From a virus (lineage: Duplodnaviria; Caudoviricetes), in IMG/VR virus record IMGVR_UViG_3300010935_000132, positions 1 to 53,555 of that record: DNA of 53,555 nt. The stretch is one strand, 5' to 3'. Made by a program: the position numbers and the translations under genes. Numbering within the stretch: position 1 is the stretch's first letter; every line of letters starts with the position of its first letter. The notes beneath the pieces are model-generated. The model made no database searches and had not been told where the DNA came from. It saw nothing but the letters and a program-made list of their open reading frames with translations. This document shows positions 28,475 to 38,479 of the stretch, one piece after another.

Positions 28475-29830
28475 TTAACTATATATCAATTTTCCTTTAT
28501 TTCTTGAAGCTGCTACATAAGCTGCATTCACAGCATAACCTGTAAAGTCACCTACATCCATGTAGACATCCCTAAAAGTGCTTCCTTGTGACTTGTGTGA
28601 AGTCATAGCGAAAGGATGAGCAAACTTCAATATAGCATTATCAATATCAAAGTAATCACGCCATGCTGATTTACGTTCCTCTTCCATACCACGTGCTGCA
28701 GCATAATCACCAATCTTCTTATACTCACTTGATTTCTTTTGAAGTGCTCTAGCTTCTCTCAAAGCCTTCTTCAATTCAACTTGATACTTCGATTCAGGGT
28801 CATCAGCACTTGGATGATAGAACACGTCATATAGTATCACACCTGACTCAGATTTAATAGTCAACTGATAACCAAATGTCTCATTCCAAACATCAGTTTT
28901 CTCAACCACTTCGATATAATCAAAGTTGTTGATAGCACCATCAGCTAATGTAGCTGTACAGATAACGATTTGACCTTTTTCTAGACCAAACCTATCATGA
29001 CCATACAATTTCATACAAGCATTGTCTAGGACGTGATTAACGACCTTGTTGGTATATCCAATGAATACATCCATACCCAATTCTGTTTCAGCGCATACAC
29101 CACTTTCAGGTTGTACAACAGCTTCAATAAAAGCTTCTGATGCATTGTCTACTTTAAACACAGCATCATCAATAGGTTTAATAGAATCAGCACCATTGAG
29201 TCTAACATCATTTAGCATCGCTAGATACTCAATATTGGTATTTCGCTGTGCCACAGTAAGGACATTACGACTTGGGATATTATCCAAATCAATAGGCTCT
29301 TGCTTAACAGGTGCTAATTGAAATGGGTCGCCAACAATGATAATCTTAAAGCCATACTCTTTAGCCATTTTATAAAGCTTGATGAGGGATTCACGTGAAA
29401 CCATCGAAATTTCATCAATGACTAAAATATGTGGAGTTTTATTCTCCAATATAGCTTGACCACCTGCACCAAACTTTGTGTTGCCTTCGTCATCAACATA
29501 ATCAGGTGCAATACCCAACATTTGCGCGATAGTTCCAACAACAACACTTTTACCGCTCCAATACTTCACAGTAAAGATTGGTACAGGTCGCTCAATATCA
29601 ACTTCACCTTTCAGATTTGCTATAGAAATCTTCAAAGCTTTATTAGTTGGCGCACAAAGCATAACTGACATTTTTTTAGTCTTAACAAGATACTTAATTA
29701 ATCGTCCTGTGGTGTATGACTTACCTACACCTGGACCACCATATAGTGAACTTATTATAGCCTTTTCATCATCAATCATTTTCAGTATATTAAATACTGC
29801 CACTTTTTGTGATGAGTCAAGAGTTTTCAT
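28475..29830 (-). CDS. dda: Dda/RecD-like SF1B helicase
   Basis: GGPGVGKS, APTNKA, IDEISMV, VGDPFQLAPV, TSHKSQGST and YVAASR. Confidence 0.92.
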   Translation of the reverse strand: MKTLDSSQKVAVFNILKMIDDEKAIISSLYGGPGVGKSYTTGRLIKYLVKTKKMSVMLCAPTNKALKISIANLKGEVDIERPVPIFTVKYWSGKSVVVGTIAQMLGIAPDYVDDEGNTKFGAGGQAILENKTPHILVIDEISMVSRESLIKLYKMAKEYGFKIIIVGDPFQLAPVKQEPIDLDNIPSRNVLTVAQRNTNIEYLAMLNDVRLNGADSIKPIDDAVFKVDNASEAFIEAVVQPESGVCAETELGMDVFIGYTNKVVNHVLDNACMKLYGHDRFGLEKGQIVICTATLADGAINNFDYIEVVEKTDVWNETFGYQLTIKSESGVILYDVFYHPSADDPESKYQVELKKALREARALQKKSSEYKKIGDYAAARGMEEERKSAWRDYFDIDNAILKFAHPFAMTSHKSQGSTFRDVYMDVGDFTGYAVNAAYVAASRNKGKLIYS

Positions 29831-30117
29831 TAAACAACGACATACAAAATATCAGTATCTTCTACAACACGCTGTGTGTCGCTGATAATTTGACCATTAT
29901 TTGTGGTGATGGCAACTGTAGCACCAACTTTGATATCGGAATCCATAGGAATACGATTACCCTTACCATCCATTTTACCTTCACCTACAGCCAAAACAAC
30001 ACCTGTTTCAGTAGCTGATTTACCTGCGGTATGTAGGAGAAGAATACCGCCTTCAGACTTTGCTTCTTCTGTGATGATTTCTAACAAAACCATATTATTT
30101 CTTAGTCGAATATTCAT
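29830..30117 (-). CDS. groES: GroES-like co-chaperonin
   Basis: KSEGGILL mobile loop, GVVLAVGEG, IKVG and EDTDIL. Confidence 0.9.
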   Translation of the reverse strand: MNIRLRNNMVLLEIITEEAKSEGGILLLHTAGKSATETGVVLAVGEGKMDGKGNRIPMDSDIKVGATVAITTNNGQIISDTQRVVEDTDILYVVV

Positions 30118-30119
30118 TG

Positions 30120-30962
30120 TTATTTGTTACCTTCTAAGGCGTTAATTAGTAGATTGAATACTTCCATGATGGCATCACGAACGATTAATAGGTCAGCTTC
30201 AACAGATTCACCATCAAATTCAACATCATACTTAATACCTTTCAAGGTCAAGTCATCTACCAACGTGAAGCTAACAGATTCAGTACCCATTGCAAGCTGA
30301 TTAACACGGTAACCACCATTAATCAATTTCTGAACATTTTCTTGCTGCATGATTTGATTCTTGAATGTAGCTTTTTGCTTATCGTGGGTCAAAACACCAC
30401 TATCCAACACACTTAATTCATCAATACCAACCAAAGAATTATCTTCAATAACCATACGTGTCATAAGCAACATAGGGTCTGATGGTAGGTTTGGAATGGT
30501 TAATTGCATACCAAGTGATTTTAGTAGTAGTACCATGATTGTATCACATTGATTTTTAGACGTACTAGACATCAAAATCTGATTAGTGTTTTGTAGAATC
30601 ATAACCTGTACTGATTTTGTTACTGTTAGTGCATTAACCATCAAGTCAGCCAATACCAAATCTTTCAGTTCTGAACGCTCAGAACGACTAGGTGTATGAC
30701 CATTTGATGCTTCAAATTTAACAATACGTTTATCAAGTGCACTACGGATAGCTGATGCAGGTATCATCTTTTCGCTTAATGTATACCGTAGAGAAATAAT
30801 ATCTTCTGATACAATATATCGTGTTCCATTTTGTACATCCCAACCTGCATGTGCTAATTCGCTTGGGTTTAAATCACGTGATGCATATGCCTCAAGTTTA
30901 TTTTCCAACGAAGATAGGCTAAGGTCTTCAACTCTATAATTATATAACGTACATTTCTTCAT
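30120..30962 (-). CDS. rdgC: recombination-associated protein RdgC-like
   Basis: GW, EKMIPASAIR, SRSERSELKD, VNQLAM and SFTLVDDLTLKGIKY follow the RdgC pattern. Confidence 0.85.
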   Translation of the reverse strand: MKKCTLYNYRVEDLSLSSLENKLEAYASRDLNPSELAHAGWDVQNGTRYIVSEDIISLRYTLSEKMIPASAIRSALDKRIVKFEASNGHTPSRSERSELKDLVLADLMVNALTVTKSVQVMILQNTNQILMSSTSKNQCDTIMVLLLKSLGMQLTIPNLPSDPMLLMTRMVIEDNSLVGIDELSVLDSGVLTHDKQKATFKNQIMQQENVQKLINGGYRVNQLAMGTESVSFTLVDDLTLKGIKYDVEFDGESVEADLLIVRDAIMEVFNLLINALEGNK

Positions 30963-31068
30963 GTTTATTCAATTCCTATATATTGGTATCAATTTTTATT
31001 TTAAATCGGTTTAATGCATACTAGAGCGTGCCACAAGTATATCATGACACGCTCCTTTTAGCTTATTG

Positions 31069-31371
31069 TTATGCAGTCAATAGTTTTGGGGTAGGTGGTT
31101 TAATGATAACACTAAACTGATTACTATACACGCCAACTAGATTTTCTGTTGGTTCAGCAACAAACATAATGTTTTCTTCATCAATTACAATAGTACGATT
31201 TTTAACAAAACCACACCAAGGAACTAAGGCAGATTCAAGCTGCTCAGTTTTTTCATTGATACGTTGAGAAACAACAACAGGATTCTCAACTACAATACCT
31301 GTATCAGTTTCTTCAACTACAGCTACGAACTCTTCACCGTTAGCCAATTTTACAAATTTTACTTCACTCAT
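31069..31371 (-). CDS. conserved T4-like small protein (Sm-like fold likely)
   Basis: VKLANGEE...ENP...VPW...Y...FS.I..P pattern. Confidence 0.75.
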   Translation of the reverse strand: MSEVKFVKLANGEEFVAVVEETDTGIVVENPVVVSQRINEKTEQLESALVPWCGFVKNRTIVIDEENIMFVAEPTENLVGVYSNQFSVIIKPPTPKLLTA

Positions 31372-31401
31372 ACTTCTGTTTCTCCTTTTATTAGTTAAAA
31401 T

Positions 31402-32829
31402 TTATGCATCCAAACTACGTTCAAGTCTGAACATTTCTTCGATTTCTTCAAAGGTATTAGCCTCTGTTTTTTCATTACGCACTTCAATGAAGATTGGTAA
31501 GTCAAGGCTAAAAGCACCTGTTTTAGAATTGCTTGTAATACCGACAGACTTAATTGTTATAATCTGACCACGCAGGTCTAGACCCCAAAATTCTTCTCGC
31601 TGTTGCATTGACAGACCAGAACCAACACCTGTAGAAATTATACCATCTTTTGACTTTACCTGAAACGCACCTAGCTTTCCCAAGCAATCGTTTTTCCCTT
31701 CTTCAAGAGCAACAATTTCCATTTCAAACTCAACAAACAACTTAAGTTTAACTTGGTCTACAGAACGTGTATTAGACCAAAAGCCTAGAAGATTTTTAAG
31801 TACGCTACCTTCTTTACCAAGTTTAATCATCTTACGGAAGAATGTTTTAGCTTCTTCGATGTTATTAACCATGGTAGTTTCAGGAAGACCAATGATAGGA
31901 TGTGAACCCAAATGTAAAGTATCAGATACAATACTCCAACGTTGACTATAAGGCACTTCAAATGGTGCTGCATCCTTGAAGTTACTCATAGGGATAGCAT
32001 CCCAAATCACAAATCGAACACGACTTAATTCATCGGTACTTAAAACATCCTTGTTCAAAATACCATTACCTATCTTACGCTCTAGTATATCACCTTTTTC
32101 ATCAACCACAAGCAATTCTCCATCCAACACCAATTCGCTTACTGAATAGGCAGATAGAACTGAAGCTAAATTTACTGATGCATGAATAGAAAGTTCTTTT
32201 GCATAGGCGATAATAGCTTTATCTAAAGCACCATTAAGCATAATAGGTTTACCTGAACGACCATTTACTTCAACCTTACCGCTATTGATACTAACTAGGA
32301 AGTTGACTCGCATACCATCCATTTTTTCTTGAATCAAAGCAGGATATCGAATTTTAGCGATATTATCTTCATTGTATGATTCAGCAAGCATACAAGGATA
32401 TACAGGAATCAAACCAACCCACACTTTATTAATTGTTGATACTGAGAAGCCTGAACGTAGGTTTTTAAGCACAACCTTTTCCAATACTTCAGCATCATCA
32501 CCTTCTACTGATTCCAATACACGTGCTAAAAATTCTGATGCTTTACCACCTGTTAATTGACGTGTGTGAATCACACTAAGTTGTTTTAGTGCTACCATCA
32601 ATGAGATACCAAACCCAGCAGGCTGTTTAGTATAAGCAGGAATTTTACGCATGAAGAAATTGATGTATGGGTTATTAGCCAAATAACAAACCCTTTCTAG
32701 GGTCGTATTATTCTTATTTGCTTCAAGAATAGCTTCTTTTTCCTTTTTCTTTGGTGTTGCTGCAATAGCATCCAAAATCTCTTTAGTTGTATGATACCGT
32801 GTTGGCATCTCGTATTCTTGTTTAGTCAT
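31402..32829 (-). CDS. 30: ATP-dependent DNA ligase
   Basis: QEKMDGMR (KxDG), LDGEL, EGSVLKN, VKLK, VGSG and LPIFIEVR. Confidence 0.96.
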   Translation of the reverse strand: MTKQEYEMPTRYHTTKEILDAIAATPKKKEKEAILEANKNNTTLERVCYLANNPYINFFMRKIPAYTKQPAGFGISLMVALKQLSVIHTRQLTGGKASEFLARVLESVEGDDAEVLEKVVLKNLRSGFSVSTINKVWVGLIPVYPCMLAESYNEDNIAKIRYPALIQEKMDGMRVNFLVSINSGKVEVNGRSGKPIMLNGALDKAIIAYAKELSIHASVNLASVLSAYSVSELVLDGELLVVDEKGDILERKIGNGILNKDVLSTDELSRVRFVIWDAIPMSNFKDAAPFEVPYSQRWSIVSDTLHLGSHPIIGLPETTMVNNIEEAKTFFRKMIKLGKEGSVLKNLLGFWSNTRSVDQVKLKLFVEFEMEIVALEEGKNDCLGKLGAFQVKSKDGIISTGVGSGLSMQQREEFWGLDLRGQIITIKSVGITSNSKTGAFSLDLPIFIEVRNEKTEANTFEEIEEMFRLERSLDA

Positions 32830-32859
32830 TATATTCTTACCTCAATTTTCATGCTAGGG

Positions 32860-33594
32860 TTATTTTGGTCGTTTGCAAGTTTTATTTTTAGGTTCTTTCT
32901 TGAAAGCATACTTATGGTCAAAACCATGAGCCTGTTTAATTGATTCGTTTGACATAGGTGGAATGTCTTCTTTACTACCTAAGACCCCAAATAGATACAT
33001 AGAAATCTCTTGATAGATTGTATATGCATCATACTGCTCTTTTACATATAGTGCTGTTAAATCAGGGTTTGTTTCAAGCCAAATCGTCTTGCCTATTAGT
33101 TGTAGACTAAAATATGGAACATGTAGTTTAATGAATACTTCATTTAAGAATGTATATTCTGTGTTGAAAAATGTACTGAACATATTCATATCTATATGCT
33201 TGTCTTTTGGCTTCGTTTCTGATAAAAATGAAACCATTCCATCATAGCTTCTGATTACAACATCATTCTTTAGTTTCTTAAAACCACCATAGGTTGAAAA
33301 TTCTTTATCAGGTACAGCAATAATCATAGGGTAGATTTTACCACAAAAACCAAATAATATAAAATGAAGTGTATAATTCCTCACATAACTATCTCTACGC
33401 CGTCTAGAGAAAATCTTATTGATTGCATCATAATCGCTTTCATATGCATATGGTTGTGTTTTGAGTATATTATTGATATCCAAAGTTTCCCATGGGTCTA
33501 CTGTTTCTCTCTCACGACACCAAACATCAGATTTTTCTAAATCAATTCCTTGTACACCATCATAATATTCTCTAACTTTTGATATGATTCTCAT
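32860..33594 (-). CDS. conserved phage hypothetical protein
   Basis: MRIISK..EYYD...GFCGKIYP...QEISMYL...AHGFD; GAACGGAGA leader at 33608-33600. Confidence 0.75.
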   Translation of the reverse strand: MRIISKVREYYDGVQGIDLEKSDVWCRERETVDPWETLDINNILKTQPYAYESDYDAINKIFSRRRRDSYVRNYTLHFILFGFCGKIYPMIIAVPDKEFSTYGGFKKLKNDVVIRSYDGMVSFLSETKPKDKHIDMNMFSTFFNTEYTFLNEVFIKLHVPYFSLQLIGKTIWLETNPDLTALYVKEQYDAYTIYQEISMYLFGVLGSKEDIPPMSNESIKQAHGFDHKYAFKKEPKNKTCKRPK

Positions 33595-33614
33595 AATATT
33601 CTCCGTTCAATATA

Positions 33615-33945
33615 AATCAATGCATGCCGCGATAAGGTACTTTTATGCAACTGTTGGTAGGTTTCATTGGCTACCTTGTAATTACGACCTGTTTCCGCAT
33701 GCTCTCGTTTGAGCGTGGTGGTTGACTGATGTTCGACATTACTCGTTAAGATTCTAAGTCAACCAACATTTAAAATAGCAGCTAAGACCATATAAGGCGG
33801 TTACTAACCAAAACCTATGGTTCACTTAGCTGCTATCGGTTACACTCCTTGTCTTTCTATTTACTCTTTGGTTTAAATAATTAAGCCTGAGCTTTCATAT
33901 TAACCTCCTATAACTCGACATTAAGAATCGTAATTATATCACATC
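33615..33945 (-). ncRNA. candidate structured non-coding RNA / regulatory leader
   Basis: About 330 bp with no long ORF; extended -10 (TGATATAAT); mini-ORF MKAQA; stems at 33775-33786/33825-33836, 33720-33727/33757-33764 and 33656-33675. Confidence 0.45.
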
Positions 33946-33950
33946 AAATA

Positions 33951-34520
33951 TTAATTACAACTATTATAATGAAGATAACCACCAATAATATACTTATCAC
34001 CTGATATTGGCATTTCACCTGCATGTGGATACGTCCATGTAGGAGGAAAAATCAGCACACGACCACGCTTAGCTTTAACCTTAACACCATAGTCAGTGAA
34101 TGAAGTTTCGCCACCTTCCTCGACATCATTTAGGTATAGGAAGAAAACAAGGAATCGCCGATTATCATGTAGGTTATTAACATCAACGTGTGGGCTGAAT
34201 TGACCATACCCTGCATCATACTTCTTCATACGAAAATCTTCGAACCTAACTTCATCTGGCCATTGGTATTCTTTAACACCACAATCATCACAGTATTGTT
34301 TTATGACCTCGATGAATTTATTCACTACCGCATCTCTCACATCATCAAATGCATCGTTAAGTGTTGTATCAACCACACGAAAAAAACGGTGACCTTCTAC
34401 AATATCAAGTTCTGATTTAGCTGATTCGAATAGACTGATTAGTAATCCACAGTCATCTTCCGAAAACACATCATCGTAAACCTTTACATATGGGATATTC
34501 ATATTCATCATCCTATTCAA
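33951..34520 (-). CDS. 2OG-Fe(II) oxygenase (prolyl-4-hydroxylase-like)
   Basis: HVD...LYLNDVEEGGET.F...FPPTWTYPH.G...KYI. Confidence 0.9.
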   Translation of the reverse strand: MNRMMNMNIPYVKVYDDVFSEDDCGLLISLFESAKSELDIVEGHRFFRVVDTTLNDAFDDVRDAVVNKFIEVIKQYCDDCGVKEYQWPDEVRFEDFRMKKYDAGYGQFSPHVDVNNLHDNRRFLVFFLYLNDVEEGGETSFTDYGVKVKAKRGRVLIFPPTWTYPHAGEMPISGDKYIIGGYLHYNSCN

Positions 34521-37095
34521 ACATACTTTCTAGTGTTGCAACTTTCTCCGATTTCCAACCAACCGCACTAAGCATTGCTTCCATTGGGTCAAGAAAGGTT
34601 TTCTGATACATAGTAGGATAATCAATACAGCTATCCAAGTCAAACACTTTAGGTAAATCAAGATGTGATGGGAATCCAACCACCTCATACTTGATATGAT
34701 TTGGTAACCGCAAATCAACAAATTTAATCTTATCAGCATCAACAATTGGTTTACTATCACTAAGACCATATTCTTCAATCAAGTGGTTGTACATTAGAGC
34801 AGCTTTAACCTGCTTAGGCGCACCTTTAGCATGTATGGTTGATGAACCCTTATACTTTTGAATGTTATTAACACCACGTGGATATGCGATGGATTCAACA
34901 GGTAGGGTCTTAAACTCTTTCTTGAATAGTGCGATGTAATCTATAACGGTTTGTTCATCAGTGGTTAGCATTAGGCGTACAGCTTCTTTAAGCACCTCTC
35001 GACACTTCTTAGGTGTTGATGATTTAACGATTTCAAGACCCATGATTTTAAGCTTAGGTTCAGTGTATCGAACACCTTCGGAATCATGCACCAACATAGC
35101 ATAACGCTTCTTAGCAGTCCAAAAACTCTTAGAAGTGATATTCTCACGACTCATGTTCATCTTTTGCTCTCTAGCGTTCATGATATCAGCTAACTCTTGA
35201 TACCAAATATTAAGTTTCTTCTGTATGATATCAGCAAAGAACTTGTCAAGGAAATTAACCCTATCTTCGGTAGTTCCTTTATCAGGATTAGGAAATACTT
35301 TAGCTACGATACCTTCCATATTAACGTACACTGAATCGGTGTCAATTGCTACAATATAATCAACTCCAACAGTACCTAAAGCCTTATTGATAAATTTGTT
35401 AATCTTGTTCTCAATCCATCTAATAGATAACTGACCCGATGTTGTAATAGCAGTAGCAATACGGATATCATAGAATTGGAATGATGATTGACCGATTGCC
35501 CCGTAACCACTATTCAAAAGTACCTTAATACCCTTTTGCGCATTATCACCTGTTGAAATCTTCTGTTCTAAATCATGTATAACTTTAGGGTCATTATTAC
35601 CTGCTTTTTCATTAACCAAAAGCTGCTCATTATGAAGCATCTCTTTCTTAATAGTTTTTCGTGTGGCATACAACATCTTCATCAGGCTAGAGAAGAATGA
35701 CTCTACTTCGCGTCTAAACAACTCACCATTTGCAGTAACACAAAGGTCTTTGTCAACTAATGATGAGGTGTCTATTGTCTTATCAATAATAGCATCAATA
35801 TTCTTATTGAAGTCACCTGAAAATTGGTCTTGAATTGGCTCTTTACGCTCATGAATAGTGTCTGGACCTAGATTATATTGAAAAATAAGATGTGGATATA
35901 GACCATCCAAATCTAATGATGAAACCCAATTATACATGTTTCCAATCGTAGGCTCTTTGACGTAACCACCAGGATACTGTTCTTTCTCTTTTGGTGAACC
36001 TTTTACTTCGGCTTGCTGACCACGTTCACGCAAGAAGTGGAATATTAAAGCTTCCCAGGTCTTAACAGGTGAAAAGGTATCGTTGTATGGCTGTTTACAG
36101 TGATAGGAAAGGTATAGAACCAAATCCATTAGGCTCATTTTCTCATCAAGTTCTTTGACCAATCGAACATCATGTATATTGTAATCACAGAATCTTGAGT
36201 GGTCTTTTACATATAAGTCTTTAATCGTACCCAAATCAGAATAATCAAGCTTCTGTGACCCTAACTCAAAGTTTGAAATGAAGTCTAGACTATATGACTC
36301 TTTTCCTGTATAGGTATACTTCTTATAGAGCATCATATAGTCAAGGATTGATACACCTACAATATCCCAGTTGACGACAACATTCTTAAAGTTGTCTAGT
36401 GTTTCTCTAGACTTAAGCTTACCCCATGGAGATAGGTAGTTTGCTGCGTCTTGACCCAATACAGCACGGATACGATTAATGATGAATGGAATATCAAACC
36501 CTTCGATGTTCCAACCTGTTACCACATGTGGCATATTAGTGTGCCAATACTTCAACACGCTTGATAGTAGGTGCTTCTCATCCCTACAGTTATGTACAAT
36601 TACTTCAGGGTCATCCGAAGAGTATTCTTCTCTAAAAGCCCAAATATGGTACTTCTGTTCAAATGAATCATGTATGGTGAATGTAACAATTGGATGTGTT
36701 GCTTCGTGTGGGTCAGGAAACCCAGTGAGCGTCAAAGAAATAGTCTCAATATCAAAATTGAATACTCTAATCTTGCTCATATCATATTTTAATTCTTGGT
36801 CATACTCACGTGAAATAAACTGAGTAATCCAATTTGAATTACCGTATACTTTGTATCCTTCAACACCTTTATATTGGTCGATATGTTGCTTAGCATCATA
36901 GATGGTATCAAAATTCTTAGTCTGTAATGGTTGACCCTCTAGGGTAGCATACTGTCCATCTACAACTTCTCTTGCAGGTACATACAATTCAGGCTGAAAC
37001 TTAACCTTTCGGTTGACGTGACTAATACCATCAAATTCTCTTACTAAAAGTGTGTTGCCTTGTCTATCTATATTTGTGAAAAATCGCGTCATCAA
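34513..37095 (-). CDS. 43: family B DNA polymerase
   Basis: FDIET, GWNIEGFDIP and YNIHD exonuclease motifs; DLDGLYPH, KVLLNSGYG, DTDS and KKRYA. Confidence 0.98.
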   Translation of the reverse strand: MMTRFFTNIDRQGNTLLVREFDGISHVNRKVKFQPELYVPAREVVDGQYATLEGQPLQTKNFDTIYDAKQHIDQYKGVEGYKVYGNSNWITQFISREYDQELKYDMSKIRVFNFDIETISLTLTGFPDPHEATHPIVTFTIHDSFEQKYHIWAFREEYSSDDPEVIVHNCRDEKHLLSSVLKYWHTNMPHVVTGWNIEGFDIPFIINRIRAVLGQDAANYLSPWGKLKSRETLDNFKNVVVNWDIVGVSILDYMMLYKKYTYTGKESYSLDFISNFELGSQKLDYSDLGTIKDLYVKDHSRFCDYNIHDVRLVKELDEKMSLMDLVLYLSYHCKQPYNDTFSPVKTWEALIFHFLRERGQQAEVKGSPKEKEQYPGGYVKEPTIGNMYNWVSSLDLDGLYPHLIFQYNLGPDTIHERKEPIQDQFSGDFNKNIDAIIDKTIDTSSLVDKDLCVTANGELFRREVESFFSSLMKMLYATRKTIKKEMLHNEQLLVNEKAGNNDPKVIHDLEQKISTGDNAQKGIKVLLNSGYGAIGQSSFQFYDIRIATAITTSGQLSIRWIENKINKFINKALGTVGVDYIVAIDTDSVYVNMEGIVAKVFPNPDKGTTEDRVNFLDKFFADIIQKKLNIWYQELADIMNAREQKMNMSRENITSKSFWTAKKRYAMLVHDSEGVRYTEPKLKIMGLEIVKSSTPKKCREVLKEAVRLMLTTDEQTVIDYIALFKKEFKTLPVESIAYPRGVNNIQKYKGSSTIHAKGAPKQVKAALMYNHLIEEYGLSDSKPIVDADKIKFVDLRLPNHIKYEVVGFPSHLDLPKVFDLDSCIDYPTMYQKTFLDPMEAMLSAVGWKSEKVATLESMFE

Positions 37096-37141
37096 GCCCT
37101 CTTGTGTTGTTTATGGGTGTGTTGTGTATATTTGATTGGAA

Positions 37142-37170
37142 AAGCTGCTAGCATCAAACGCTAGCAGCTT
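37142..37170 (-). terminator. hairpin upstream of gene 43 (terminator or operator)
   Basis: aagctgctagc-N7-gctagcagctt, followed by a short T run on the minus strand. Confidence 0.6.
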
Positions 37171-37179
37171 ATGATGGTA

Positions 37180-37944
37180 TTAATACTTATTTAATTCTCC
37201 GCGCTTAGCTTTGAACTTGTGTAGTTCGACCCAAGCGGTTAATTGACGCTTGATATCTTCCTTACATTCTCTCATTAGAGTAGCCACAATTAATGATGTA
37301 GGAAATCCATCAATAGTACCTAAAGATTGTCGTGTAATCATCTTATCCTTAACATGTTTGAAAAAGATATTATGGCTTAGGATGTCTGCAATCGGTCCAG
37401 AATATTTTACAGGTGAAATACCACATGTGTAGACTGAACTAACAGTGGTACATTGTGCCATATAATGCTTAGCAAACTTAACACCCATATTATTATCTGA
37501 TGGTCGACGAATAACCCTTGGTGAAGGTAGTTTGGCATCGTCAAATAAATGTAGATAACCGCGATTAAGGATATGATGCACCAACTGATGAAACATAACC
37601 CTCGTTCGAATACCATCAAACGTCAATCGGTACAATGTACCAAGTTTGTTACATGGCTGTGATTCATAACCATCTTTGTCGATGATTTGACATCTTTGAA
37701 GGTCATAGTTGATATCATCAGGTAAAACAATAATATCAGATACAGGATTGGCTGATAAGACTGACAATATGTATCGAACATCATAAGTCTTTTTACGACC
37801 TGCTTTAGGTGTAGATAATCTGATTGTTCCACTCTTGGTTAAACTCATAGGAGTCATATTTCGAATTGATACAATCTCACCTTTAACTAGAGTGTAGTTT
37901 TTCTTTATTATTGTGTACTCTTCTAATGAGTCAATTATATTCAT
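37180..37944 (-). CDS. hypothetical basic protein
   Basis: 254-aa ORF in the operon; no recognised motif. Confidence 0.7.
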   Translation of the reverse strand: MNIIDSLEEYTIIKKNYTLVKGEIVSIRNMTPMSLTKSGTIRLSTPKAGRKKTYDVRYILSVLSANPVSDIIVLPDDINYDLQRCQIIDKDGYESQPCNKLGTLYRLTFDGIRTRVMFHQLVHHILNRGYLHLFDDAKLPSPRVIRRPSDNNMGVKFAKHYMAQCTTVSSVYTCGISPVKYSGPIADILSHNIFFKHVKDKMITRQSLGTIDGFPTSLIVATLMRECKEDIKRQLTAWVELHKFKAKRGELNKY

Positions 37945-37954
37945 TTGACTTATG

Positions 37955-38479
37955 CTACTCCATCATTAACAATGCGTCAACATTTTTGTACAACTTATCT
38001 AATGAGCCATCATTAAGGATAAGTTCATCTGTATGATGTGTAATGATTCCTGATTCAGAACTATGAACATTTACAAGTTCTTGGTTAGGTCTTATGATGT
38101 GAACAATAGTGCCACCATTATCACGAATCCAATCAGCTTCATTATCGAAACGAACATCACTGATGACATTATTTGCTTCGAAGTTCAAGCCTCTAGATAG
38201 TCGCTTAATCCAAAAGTCTTCACCAAATACATCACGTGTACTTTCTGTACCAAATTTCTGAAGCAACTGACGAACCGTAGCATCATATTCAGGAACAATA
38301 CGTGTGTCCTTTTCGTCATCGTAACACCATGCAACAGGAATACCAAAATAGATTGCTGCAGACTGTTTAAGTGCATCAGCAAAGGCAAATTTCAAATACC
38401 CACTTCTATTCATTTTATCAGCTAAGGTATCCTTACCACTACGCGCCAAACCTGTTAATCCATATAATTTCTTAGTCAT
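37955..38479 (-). CDS. 1: deoxynucleoside monophosphate kinase
   Basis: GLTGLARSGKDT, FADALK, RQLLQKFGTE, ISDVRFDNE and HSSE; likely start MTKKLY (ATGA overlap). Confidence 0.92.
   Translation of the reverse strand: MTKKLYGLTGLARSGKDTLADKMNRSGYLKFAFADALKQSAAIYFGIPVAWCYDDEKDTRIVPEYDATVRQLLQKFGTESTRDVFGEDFWIKRLSRGLNFEANNVISDVRFDNEADWIRDNGGTIVHIIRPNQELVNVHSSESGIITHHTDELILNDGSLDKLYKNVDALLMME

Noticed and set aside
33951-34520. TET/JBP-type oxidase acting on the modified cytosine
   Set aside because: The motifs are of the prolyl-4-hydroxylase type common in T4-like phages, and the gene is not adjacent to the methyltransferase.
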